From positions 1-31,656 of IMG/VR virus record IMGVR_UViG_3300013004_005122: 31,656 bases of DNA; one strand, written 5' to 3'. Each line of letters begins with the position of its first letter. Position 1 is the stretch's first letter. Position numbers and translations under genes: made by a program. The notes below the pieces were generated by a model. That model did no database searches. It was not told the origin of the DNA and saw nothing but the letters and a program-made list of their open reading frames with translations. Positions 18,422 to 27,868 of the stretch are shown one piece after another. The DNA comes from a virus (Duplodnaviria > Caudoviricetes).

Positions 18422-18424
18422 AAA

Positions 18425-20113
18425 TTATATAGTATAACCAACAATTCTTATTGTAATGGCATCATATTTAGAAGGTGATATTCTAAAAGCGCATGTTAAA
18501 TTACCGTTGGCCGCAGCAGATAGTGGTATAAACACTTGACTACCACTACGTATACTATCACCACTACCAGATGCACGGCTTGATCCTACTAGATATTCAT
18601 ATGTATCTGGTGAAGTTGGACCAGTAAGAAGACTTTCATTAGGAGCAGATACAACAAATCTATCCATATTACCACCATCAGGGCCAGATTTTTTAATTTC
18701 ACAATCAACAATTAAATTCTTTGCAGCTGGTGATACATTATATAGTGTCTGAGTTCGAGCGCCGGCGGCAGTAAAAGAGGTTATCTTGGGGTATGCAGAA
18801 ATTGTTGTAGTAACTGATGTAGTACTAGAAGACTGCGGTTCAGAATATATTGTTACAGGTCGTTTTAAGAACGCAATAGGTGAATTTTCGTTGTAAATAT
18901 CTGTACCCGTTACTTGTGTAATAGTACCAGCTGGGTATGCTATACTAGATGTACTCGCTACCGTGGTTACACGTCCGTATGTATCTACAGTAAACGAACT
19001 ACCACCAACTATAGTTTGACCTGTAATTATCGCTGGTAAACCTACCTTAATATTACCAGATAAAGTACCTATAGCACTACCTGTAACATCGACACCATTA
19101 ACTGTACCTGTTAACCCATTATTAATAGTAAACGTGGAAGATACAACATAATCAGGTTTAGCTTTTATTATATAAAGCATACCTGTTGCACTCAAGGTTG
19201 AATTAGTACCTGATGAAACACTAACTAATGTAGATGAAGAAGGCGAATTACTAACACCGTAAATTGTTTTGTTAATTAAATTAGGTACATTAAAGTTAGC
19301 ACCACTACCCCCAAAGGAGTAACCAACTACGGCAGATAGTTCAGGGTAACTAGCACCTACAACAGATTGACCGTTACACAGTAACCAACCTGCAGGTGCA
19401 TTAGCTGAAGAAACGTAAGGCATAATAGAACCTACAGCAATTTGACCGGCTGTACCTGCTACAAACACAGTCGTAGGAGTAGCAGCATTGCTCCACGATA
19501 AGTTACCAGATATGTCAGAAGTAAGATAAAGATCTGAACCAACGCCGCCTGTTGGCCAGCTATAATTAACAGAATTAATAGATAAGTTCTGCGGTAAACT
19601 CAAATAAGTACTATTTAGAGGTGTAATGCGATCTGTCTTAATACTGCTGCTGAGTGATATTTTATTTGTACCATCTAGGGATATTGAGTTACCTAGTAAA
19701 TTTGAAGATATATTACCAGCAGATAAAGTACCTACTCTTATACCGTTAGTATTACTTACAACAACCGTACTATCCGCTGCAGTATACACACCTCCCACCT
19801 CGACCCAGTTATTAATATTGCTAGCTGAGCCTGATAAATGGTGGACATATAACTTATTATTATCTGTATCAAAAGCATAATCACCTACAACAGCTCCAAC
19901 AAAATCAGTTACAGCAGTTGAGCTACCTGCATAGGTACTACCAATAGAGATACCACCCTGTGTTTGACCATCACCCACAAATAAGCGTTTTGTATCTATT
20001 GTGTAACCTAGTTCACCTTCCGTTAATATTACATTCTGTCTGTCAACATTAGTACCGCGTCTAATTAGAAGTTTAAGTAGTGTATTTTTATTAATTTCAA
20101 TTTTAGCTGACAT
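18425..20113 (-). CDS. Tail fibre protein with Mtd-N-like N-terminus and tail collar domain
   Basis: IRRGT...LTEGELGYTIDTKRLFVGDG, then collar motif VGSIMPY...APAGWLLCNGQ...YPELSAVVG...FNVPNL. Confidence 0.85.
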   Translation of the reverse strand: MSAKIEINKNTLLKLLIRRGTNVDRQNVILTEGELGYTIDTKRLFVGDGQTQGGISIGSTYAGSSTAVTDFVGAVVGDYAFDTDNNKLYVHHLSGSASNINNWVEVGGVYTAADSTVVVSNTNGIRVGTLSAGNISSNLLGNSISLDGTNKISLSSSIKTDRITPLNSTYLSLPQNLSINSVNYSWPTGGVGSDLYLTSDISGNLSWSNAATPTTVFVAGTAGQIAVGSIMPYVSSANAPAGWLLCNGQSVVGASYPELSAVVGYSFGGSGANFNVPNLINKTIYGVSNSPSSSTLVSVSSGTNSTLSATGMLYIIKAKPDYVVSSTFTINNGLTGTVNGVDVTGSAIGTLSGNIKVGLPAIITGQTIVGGSSFTVDTYGRVTTVASTSSIAYPAGTITQVTGTDIYNENSPIAFLKRPVTIYSEPQSSSTTSVTTTISAYPKITSFTAAGARTQTLYNVSPAAKNLIVDCEIKKSGPDGGNMDRFVVSAPNESLLTGPTSPDTYEYLVGSSRASGSGDSIRSGSQVFIPLSAAANGNLTCAFRISPSKYDAITIRIVGYTI

Positions 20114-20126
20114 TGATTAAGGGGAG

Positions 20127-21227
20127 TTATTTATAAGAAAAGATTGGTATTGCGAATCTATCCACCGATGTACCGTTTTGTGAGTTAACAGATTCAAAAG
20201 TAATAAATCCTGCAGAAGATAGTTGCTTTGTTACTGACGCTGTAAAGTTAGAATTCCAAGATAGTGTATTTACTAATGTATTACCACGATAGCCAGATAG
20301 TGCAGATATTCCTGCACCTGTTGTCTGTAGAGGAAACCCTGCATAACTACCATTACCGGCAGATAAAGTATCTATTATAGAATTATAAGAAGATAATGCT
20401 CTACCTTTCGAATCGAATACTATATTTCTAAATATATTACCGGAATCACCAGCACCCCCAAAATTTGCCAGTTTTATTTGACCGCCAACATTTTGAATAT
20501 CTGTAGTAAGCGTATCGTTAATTGTTGCTTGTAATTTATCACCTACAATATCTAAACCAGCTCCGAAAGAATCAGCACTAAGCGAATAAGCTGTTACTGT
20601 ACCTACTGGTAACGCCGTAAGTGTTAGTGTTGTACTATTGTATCCGAAATACGCTGTATCTGCGTTAACACCTATTATAGTACCACTACCACCCTGTAAT
20701 CCGTTACCGAGTGCAGAAGAAGCGATATGCTTTTGATCAATTACACCTACCGATAGTACATTTGTTGATGTTACTTTTAGAGTAATATTATCTACATTAG
20801 CTGATATACCATTATTTACAGTAGCAACCAACCCGCCTGATGCAGCAGACGATAAGAATTTAGTACCTGTTATACCGTTATCTTTTATAATAAGTTGATT
20901 GCTAGAATACGTTAAAGTGCTATTATCTGTTTTTGAACCTATAAAAGCCCAACTATCAGGTAAGCTATAATTTACACCAGTTAATTGGTATAGTAGACTA
21001 TTATCATACACGATATCGCCTATTTGTGCATTAGTAATATTAGTCCGAGTCTGAGGTGACCATGTAATATTACCAACAATGTTACCACCTGGTAAAACAC
21101 CATCACCAACAAATACACGCTTTGTATCAGTTGTATATCCCAATTCACTCTGCTCGAGAATGACAGATTTTCGTTGTGCGTCTGTACCTCTTCTAATCTT
21201 AAGTTTTATAATTGTAATATCAGGCAT
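20127..21227 (-). CDS. Tail fibre-like protein with Mtd-N-like N-terminus
   Basis: IRRGTDAQR...LEQSELGYTTDTKRVFVGDG and Gly/Ser-rich fibre repeats. Confidence 0.8.
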   Translation of the reverse strand: MPDITIIKLKIRRGTDAQRKSVILEQSELGYTTDTKRVFVGDGVLPGGNIVGNITWSPQTRTNITNAQIGDIVYDNSLLYQLTGVNYSLPDSWAFIGSKTDNSTLTYSSNQLIIKDNGITGTKFLSSAASGGLVATVNNGISANVDNITLKVTSTNVLSVGVIDQKHIASSALGNGLQGGSGTIIGVNADTAYFGYNSTTLTLTALPVGTVTAYSLSADSFGAGLDIVGDKLQATINDTLTTDIQNVGGQIKLANFGGAGDSGNIFRNIVFDSKGRALSSYNSIIDTLSAGNGSYAGFPLQTTGAGISALSGYRGNTLVNTLSWNSNFTASVTKQLSSAGFITFESVNSQNGTSVDRFAIPIFSYK

Positions 21228-21249
21228 AAAGTTAAAAATATCTAGTTAA

Positions 21250-21942
21250 TTAAGCCGTTCTTTGCCATACATACAAGCCAAACCCAGGAGGTGTATTGTT
21301 ATGAGGTTGATTACTACCTATGTAAGAAGTAAATCCTTGTACTCTTGTTCCTCCAGCAGAAGTTTCCTGTCTACCTTCTGCAAGACCGGGCATATCTATA
21401 AAAGTTTCACCATATACGAAAGATGAATTTCCCGCTGCACGTGTGTCATCTGCAGTACCATTAAGATGTCTATGATTTGGCATTTCAGGGATGGTTAATA
21501 GATGTTGATATTCACCGCCTGTATTATTTCCAGCTGTAAAGGTTTTAAATACTCCGTCAACAGTATCACTACCGACACCTACTAAAAATCTCCCTTGACT
21601 TACCTGCGACCAGGTTGTACCAGTCCAGCCAGTTCTTGTACCAGGGTTACTATCATTAAAGGTAACAATTATAGAGCTTACAGGGTGTAATACATTTAAT
21701 AAATTTAATATATCAAATTGTGTTGAAGCAGAAAGCTTCGATGTTGTGGTCAATGTATCACATGTAAATGGACCACAAACAGTTGCACCATTACACGCTC
21801 TACCTAATTTAAGCGACGACTTGTTACCCAGTCCATCGTAGATATCTATAAGTGTTGATACAGGTAAAGCTTCGCCGTTAGAATGTAACACACCACCGTA
21901 GGTATCACTAATTTTTGTCTGTGTAAGCTTAGTACTAGCCAT
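21250..21942 (-). CDS. Baseplate/short-fibre protein (T4 gp10 C-terminal-like)
   Basis: HPVSSI...NPG...TW...GRFLVGVG...GGEYQHLLTIPEMPNHRH...HNNTPPGFGLYVWQRTA. Confidence 0.8.
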   Translation of the reverse strand: MASTKLTQTKISDTYGGVLHSNGEALPVSTLIDIYDGLGNKSSLKLGRACNGATVCGPFTCDTLTTTSKLSASTQFDILNLLNVLHPVSSIIVTFNDSNPGTRTGWTGTTWSQVSQGRFLVGVGSDTVDGVFKTFTAGNNTGGEYQHLLTIPEMPNHRHLNGTADDTRAAGNSSFVYGETFIDMPGLAEGRQETSAGGTRVQGFTSYIGSNQPHNNTPPGFGLYVWQRTA

Positions 21943-21949
21943 TTTATTA

Positions 21950-21957
21950 TATTTATA
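21950..21957 (-). promoter_or_regulatory. T4-type late promoter TATAAATA
   Basis: 7 nt before the ATG at 21942. Confidence 0.75.
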
Positions 21958-21961
21958 CCGG

Positions 21962-24004
21962 CTATTCTATTATCAAGGTGTTACTAGACTGTCCTGTAGT
22001 AGTATTGTAAACAGGTACAATCCCATCACCCTTATCAGTTACTGTTAGGGCTATTATTTTTAATTGTAGCTCATATATATTACGAATAAATCTATTAAAC
22101 ACACCTGCTAGATTCTTTTCATTATCATGAATATAATATTCTTCAATAGAGTCACTAAGTAACAGTGATAAATCTATATTATAGTTATAATCTGTAAACA
22201 CAAATATATCTAAATTATTATATGCTCCCGTAAATCTACCAACCAGGTTGTTTTTTAAATTAATATTATCATAAATTACCTTATAGAACTCTTTATTGAG
22301 AGAACTTCCTTGAATATACTCACTACTATTAAGTGTAAAATTAGCGCCGTAACTATCAAAATTATCCAATTTTAATACACTCTTATATATATTAGGCTCT
22401 TTAAAATAATATATTCTACTATTCGTAATAAAAAACACTTTATCGGTATCATCACTCTGTGGTGTTAATCTATATCCTACTATTACATCGCTATAGACAG
22501 ATGTAGTATAACTCGCAGGTATTGTAGTTGTAGTGGTTTGAATTGATGCACCTTGTGTTACTATACTCGTTATGGATGGCGTATTAGTTTCCCAGTTAAA
22601 TTTAGCATTGTCGTAATAAGTATCAACATAATTCCACAAACTATTAGGATCTTGCACTATAGTCGTTTGACCACCGGAAATTACATATGTAGCGGTTACC
22701 TGTGATGCAGGAGACTTAATATTAGATAAAATTTTATTAGTCTGATAAACACCCTTTCTATTACCGGGCTTATTAACTAATAATTTATAAATAGCGTAGT
22801 TTGTACTAATATAAAAAAAGTTACTATTGTTATACGAAAAACTTATATTATTAATTACCTCGCCAACCTGTAATATAAATGGTAACTCATATGACTCCTC
22901 AACGTTGAAGCAGTCATTTATAATATAAAGTTTAGTTTTCTGCTGACTATACGTTAAAACATATAGGTAGTTAGTTAATCTATTATACTCCAATGCAGCT
23001 ATAGGTTCACGCTTAAAATTAATACTATTAATTACTGCTATAAAGTTAAAGTCTAGATCAAATACCTTTATAGCATAATTTTTAGAGTCATTAACAGCTA
23101 TGTAATTATTACCCGCTGTTATTTCTTTAGGTTCATTGAACAATACCTCATCCACTGCTAGCCCTTTTCCGCCAATAATTTCTACTAAGTTTCTCTTATT
23201 AGAAAGAACCGTATCACCATCAATATATCCTCCTATATCATACTTTAAGATATTATTATTACCTGTATCTGTAACATATAGAAACTTACCAATAGTAGCT
23301 ATACCACCGATATTGAAAAAAGATAGTGTATTCTCCGCTACCTGTGTTTGATAGTAAGGTGAAATCTCAATAACACCTATAGATTGATCGCTACATGAAA
23401 GAGATATAAGGTTTGTACTTGTAAAGGCAAATATAACAGCTTTACTATCATCTTCTAAATAGTTAACAGGAGCAAATCCACGTATACCGTCTAACTCGAG
23501 AAAATTGTTGGTACTACCAAAGGGTAGTGTACTATAATTACTACCCGCAAACAAATCAAGTGTCGTTTGCGACGCGCTAAGTACACCAGCATATTTAACA
23601 TTATCACTAACAGGTAACAGTGCTCCCGTCATGAAGCACCTTGAATACGTATATATTGTATTAGTTTTAATTTTTGTTAATTTACTCTCTAAGAGATTAT
23701 AATTTAAAAAGTCATTAGCTTCAATTAATATTTCTTCGAGAGGTATAGGTAATTCAACAATATCGTTAATACCTCGATCAAAAAAGAAATCAGAACAAAG
23801 TAGATCCGTTTTATATGTACTTTGCCTCTCAAGTGGTACACCTACCAGTGAAGATAAGGTACTACATTTAGACGTGATATCTAATTCAGTGGCTGTATAT
23901 GGTACCCCGCTTAATACTTCAACATATCCTGTATAGTCTACACTGTTAAGTGTAAACAATCCTGATTCAGCATAAAATCTCTTATAATCACTATAGGTTA
24001 TCAT
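21962..24004 (-). CDS. Putative virion protein with NHL-type beta-propeller
   Basis: LYVTDTGNNNILKYD, FNEPKEIT, IAVNDSKNYAIKVFDLDFNF. Confidence 0.7.
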   Translation of the reverse strand: MITYSDYKRFYAESGLFTLNSVDYTGYVEVLSGVPYTATELDITSKCSTLSSLVGVPLERQSTYKTDLLCSDFFFDRGINDIVELPIPLEEILIEANDFLNYNLLESKLTKIKTNTIYTYSRCFMTGALLPVSDNVKYAGVLSASQTTLDLFAGSNYSTLPFGSTNNFLELDGIRGFAPVNYLEDDSKAVIFAFTSTNLISLSCSDQSIGVIEISPYYQTQVAENTLSFFNIGGIATIGKFLYVTDTGNNNILKYDIGGYIDGDTVLSNKRNLVEIIGGKGLAVDEVLFNEPKEITAGNNYIAVNDSKNYAIKVFDLDFNFIAVINSINFKREPIAALEYNRLTNYLYVLTYSQQKTKLYIINDCFNVEESYELPFILQVGEVINNISFSYNNSNFFYISTNYAIYKLLVNKPGNRKGVYQTNKILSNIKSPASQVTATYVISGGQTTIVQDPNSLWNYVDTYYDNAKFNWETNTPSITSIVTQGASIQTTTTTIPASYTTSVYSDVIVGYRLTPQSDDTDKVFFITNSRIYYFKEPNIYKSVLKLDNFDSYGANFTLNSSEYIQGSSLNKEFYKVIYDNINLKNNLVGRFTGAYNNLDIFVFTDYNYNIDLSLLLSDSIEEYYIHDNEKNLAGVFNRFIRNIYELQLKIIALTVTDKGDGIVPVYNTTTGQSSNTLIIE

Positions 24005-27000
24005 TTAAAATCAATAAATTGTATATCGTTAATCTTAACACCTACAGGTAATGTTGATGCTGCTTGCTCATAAATAACATTCTTAATGTTATTTTTAAAG
24101 GTGGTGTTAGTAATACCAGTATTCTTAACATAAATATTTATACTCTTTGAACTGGTTACGGGAGCGTATTTAAAAAACCTCTCTATTTCCTCAATATTAT
24201 TTCTTTGACCGCAAGGTATAGACAATATGAGTTCGTCAATTGTTCTATCTTTTAAGCTGAGGGCAAAAATCTCATCAGACTTGAGAGCGTGATTGTATAT
24301 CATAAGATTACGAACGGGGTAACTACTATTAATAAAGTAATACCCTGGTTGCTTCAAGTAAGTTGCAAGATCTATACCATTAGTAATACCGACAGCTCCA
24401 ACATATAAATCTTCAGAAAGTATTTGTTGAATATTATACTTGCTAGGTGGAATTACTTCGTTTTGATATAAAACACCATCAATAAACAAACTAATATTAC
24501 CCTGTAATGCATCAAACCTATATGTAAAAGTATGATAACCGGTATCAATAGATCCTAAATCAACGGCTATACTTTTAGATAAAATATCCTCCGAGGAAAG
24601 GTAATTAGTAAGTGTAATATTAAAAGCTAACCTATTACTGTTTAAAGCCTGTAGATTATTAAAGTTAGTCATTGTATATTTTTTCCTTGTAGCGCTTGTA
24701 TCCGCTATGTATACACCACTTATACCTAAATTATAAGTTTGACCAGTACCTATATTGTATGACATTAAATTACCTGTATTTAAACCACCTGATAACATTA
24801 AGATTGTAGAGAATTCTTGTACACCGTTAGGTGTATACTCTCTCATAATATCTACATGAATGTTTTTATATTTCCCTTCAGTACTATTTGTAGTGGTTCC
24901 TGATAACACAAATTCACGGTTCGTAGTATATTGATACCAGTTGTTATCTGTAATCAGTAGTATCTGATTATCAGGAGTTATGTTAAAATCGTTAAAAGCA
25001 CTCGTCGTATCAAACAATATACGACTTCTATTAGTTATAAGGTTGTAATACCATATCTGCCTGTTACCATATAAAAAATATATTTCATTTGTATTTTTTA
25101 TCTTTACGTTCTCACCAGGTATTCCATAAAGAATATTATTATATATTAATAAACTTCTATGCTTATTCTGCGGATCGTTAGGATCTGAATATAAACTCAA
25201 CGGTGTCGAGTATATAGTAGTATAATTAAATGTATTTTTATTTACCTTTAACACCTCACCAGTAACATTTAATAAGAAGTAAATATAGTCATCATCCTGT
25301 GTGTAATTTCTATATAAAATTATAGGTATATACTCTCGCTTTAGCTTATTACCTAATTCATTAACTTTGTAGCAAAAACCGTCGCTACATATAACAAAAA
25401 AATCATCAAGTGGTCTATTAGTTATAACTTCCTTTATATTAGTAGCAAAATCAACGGTTTTAATTAATGTAAAGGAAGTATTATATATATAAACTGTTTT
25501 ATCTTGGTATAGAACTATAAAAGGTGTAATTTTTATATCACTAAGTACTGTAAAATGTTTACTAGAGTTAGCTATTGAATACCCATTATTAACTATATTT
25601 GGACTAACAAACATATCGAAAGAGAAAGTAAATTGAGATGTACAGTTTACATCATTCTTTATATTATACTTATTATATTTCGTACCATCATATACAATAG
25701 AACTACTATCATAAGCAGATAATACATTTTTAGTGGTGTAAAAATTAGTAAAGCTACTTATAAGAGGTGAGGCGCTTGTAATAGCGTTCTGTATATCTTC
25801 TACACCTACTCTCGAATAATAGTATTTTGAATTTGGTTCGAGAGTTAAATCACTCTTTTTATCAAAAATATAATTAGCTGTACTAGGAGAACTATAAATT
25901 AGTGAATCAATAGGATCTAGAAAAGACGGAGCAAATAAAGGAGACGCAGATAGAGCATTTTCTTTTGAAATTCTATCAGGGTAGTAATATCTATCTACCC
26001 AAATACCAGTTGTATTATTACCCCCTGAAAGCCAAGTGCATAAATATCTACCATTTTTAAAGTTGGTGGTCTTATTATTACGTAGACTGAATACCTTATC
26101 TGCTAGTCGTGGTGAAACAGACGCGATACTACCATTATGAGTGAATTTTGTATCGTTAATATTAAGCTTCTCGTACGGGTATATAGATGAAGGTGTAGTA
26201 AAGTATGTATCTGTACCACTATACACCTTTATATCTTTATCATACCATACATACGTAAGTGAAATATGATCATCACCACGCTCTTGATCGTTACCCGTAC
26301 GTAAAGTCGTATACTCTCTAAATTTTGTATCAGGTAAATTATCATCACCACTTGTATTGCTTGTACCTCGTTTAATATAACCTCTCTCAGATCTGTTATT
26401 GTCCAGAGCAATATGATTTAACTCGAAAGTGTCATTAATCTCATTATAATTTGTATGTAGTAGGTACTGACTCGATTTATCGAAGTCACTTTTTTGTGTA
26501 TTTAGTTTAAGTGAATTTACCTTATTAACATTATAGCTAACCCAACTTGAACGTAATTTAGGTTCTATACTTTCATAATTGTAATAAATTTTAAATAATT
26601 TATCACCACGACTTATGGATGGATTAACTATCGCATCTAAAACGAGCGAAGTGCCAGATAACACTACTGTATATAAGACGTTACTTATATCTTTATATAG
26701 CTGTAAATAGCCATCGCTATCTAATTGATATCTAAATATATCGGTACCTTCAATAGCACTAGCGCTATCATATACAGAGACAGATGACATAAATTCAAGA
26801 GTATTACCACTAATAGGACTGTTTAATATATAAAACCCTGTACCAGTACCATGAAGAACTCTAAGCACTTTATCATTAATAATACTTAACTCAAAAAAGC
26901 TACCTGGATTATCATACTCTACTTTATCTAAAATAGTTAGATACGTAGTATTATCCAGATCAGCATTTAAGTTTAGAACCTTAGGTACAGATATATCAGA

Positions 27001-27276
27001 AAGATTGTTTAATATTAAAGGTGTAGTTATTGTTCTTAATACATTATCTTTCTTTTGTATTACTGTTAAGAAATCCTCAAGCTTCTTATAGTCTGTTAAA
27101 TACTGAGATGTATAATTGTTAATAGAAGAATCGTGTATACCTGATAAAGCATCAATACGATTAAAAGTCATTCCTTGTTCGTTGGTATAAGAGAATTGCT
27201 TATACTCATAAGCTCCATCAATATAGGTAGCTCTAGGTGTACTTATAGCAGATAAGCTATACGCTGAAAGATTCAT
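24001..27276 (-). CDS. Large putative virion protein with propeller-like and LamG-like regions
   Basis: YHTFTYRFD..GNISLFIDG...LYVG...IYNHALKSDEI LamG pattern. C-terminal LPVGVKINDI resembles baseplate wedge ends. Confidence 0.65.
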   Translation of the reverse strand: MNLSAYSLSAISTPRATYIDGAYEYKQFSYTNEQGMTFNRIDALSGIHDSSINNYTSQYLTDYKKLEDFLTVIQKKDNVLRTITTPLILNNLSDISVPKVLNLNADLDNTTYLTILDKVEYDNPGSFFELSIINDKVLRVLHGTGTGFYILNSPISGNTLEFMSSVSVYDSASAIEGTDIFRYQLDSDGYLQLYKDISNVLYTVVLSGTSLVLDAIVNPSISRGDKLFKIYYNYESIEPKLRSSWVSYNVNKVNSLKLNTQKSDFDKSSQYLLHTNYNEINDTFELNHIALDNNRSERGYIKRGTSNTSGDDNLPDTKFREYTTLRTGNDQERGDDHISLTYVWYDKDIKVYSGTDTYFTTPSSIYPYEKLNINDTKFTHNGSIASVSPRLADKVFSLRNNKTTNFKNGRYLCTWLSGGNNTTGIWVDRYYYPDRISKENALSASPLFAPSFLDPIDSLIYSSPSTANYIFDKKSDLTLEPNSKYYYSRVGVEDIQNAITSASPLISSFTNFYTTKNVLSAYDSSSIVYDGTKYNKYNIKNDVNCTSQFTFSFDMFVSPNIVNNGYSIANSSKHFTVLSDIKITPFIVLYQDKTVYIYNTSFTLIKTVDFATNIKEVITNRPLDDFFVICSDGFCYKVNELGNKLKREYIPIILYRNYTQDDDYIYFLLNVTGEVLKVNKNTFNYTTIYSTPLSLYSDPNDPQNKHRSLLIYNNILYGIPGENVKIKNTNEIYFLYGNRQIWYYNLITNRSRILFDTTSAFNDFNITPDNQILLITDNNWYQYTTNREFVLSGTTTNSTEGKYKNIHVDIMREYTPNGVQEFSTILMLSGGLNTGNLMSYNIGTGQTYNLGISGVYIADTSATRKKYTMTNFNNLQALNSNRLAFNITLTNYLSSEDILSKSIAVDLGSIDTGYHTFTYRFDALQGNISLFIDGVLYQNEVIPPSKYNIQQILSEDLYVGAVGITNGIDLATYLKQPGYYFINSSYPVRNLMIYNHALKSDEIFALSLKDRTIDELILSIPCGQRNNIEEIERFFKYAPVTSSKSINIYVKNTGITNTTFKNNIKNVIYEQAASTLPVGVKINDIQFIDFK

Positions 27277-27282
27277 ATATAA

Positions 27283-27290
27283 TATTTAAT
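27283..27290 (-). promoter_or_regulatory. Late promoter variant ATTAAATA
   Basis: 6 nt before the ATG at 27276. Confidence 0.6.
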
Positions 27291-27332
27291 TACAACGGTC
27301 AAGTTAGAAAGCCTCTAATTAACTGTTTAATT
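27288..27332 (-). other. Imperfect intergenic hairpin
   Basis: - strand AACAGTTAATTAGA-GGCTT-TCTAACTTGACCGTT pairs with one mismatch, one G-U pair and one bulge. Confidence 0.4.
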
Positions 27333-27340
27333 ATATATGT

Positions 27341-27868
27341 TTATATAGTTAGTAGACTAGGTATTACCTGAACATTATTCTTACTTTCAAAATTAACGAA
27401 GGTTGTGTTGGCAGATACGGGTAAAATCTGCGTATTAATAGCGACGAGATCAACTATATCATCATAAAACGATCCATGATATATTTGTAGCGGTTGATAA
27501 AAATAGACCTTTTCACCACTATTATATGTTAATACAAAGTTTGATGTTAACTTTAAACTATAAGTATTAGTTTGATTAGAATAAGGGTACGAATACTGTA
27601 CACATACAGACCCACCAACCTTTCCGTAGAGTATTTCGTCGAATATAGATTGCTCACGGTAGTTATATACAGCATCTTTTGTATATGTTAAAGGAGCTGA
27701 ACCGTCTCCCCAATTAATATCTAGAAAAAGAACATTATAACTATCCTCCTTTATACCAGTTAGTATATAGTTAACGGTACTCTCACCTTTTAAAAGTATA
27801 GGATTATTATAAAAAGTCCTAGATTCTACAGCTGATAAATTAAAGTATATGTTAGTATTCTTACTCAT
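27341..27868 (-). CDS. Putative virion protein with PKD/Ig-like fold
   Basis: INWGDGS motif; beta-rich. Confidence 0.65.
   Translation of the reverse strand: MSKNTNIYFNLSAVESRTFYNNPILLKGESTVNYILTGIKEDSYNVLFLDINWGDGSAPLTYTKDAVYNYREQSIFDEILYGKVGGSVCVQYSYPYSNQTNTYSLKLTSNFVLTYNSGEKVYFYQPLQIYHGSFYDDIVDLVAINTQILPVSANTTFVNFESKNNVQVIPSLLTI

Noticed and set aside
20117-20126. Strong SD-like taaggggag
   Set aside because: It is on the + strand while the flanking genes are on the - strand, and no matching + strand ORF follows.
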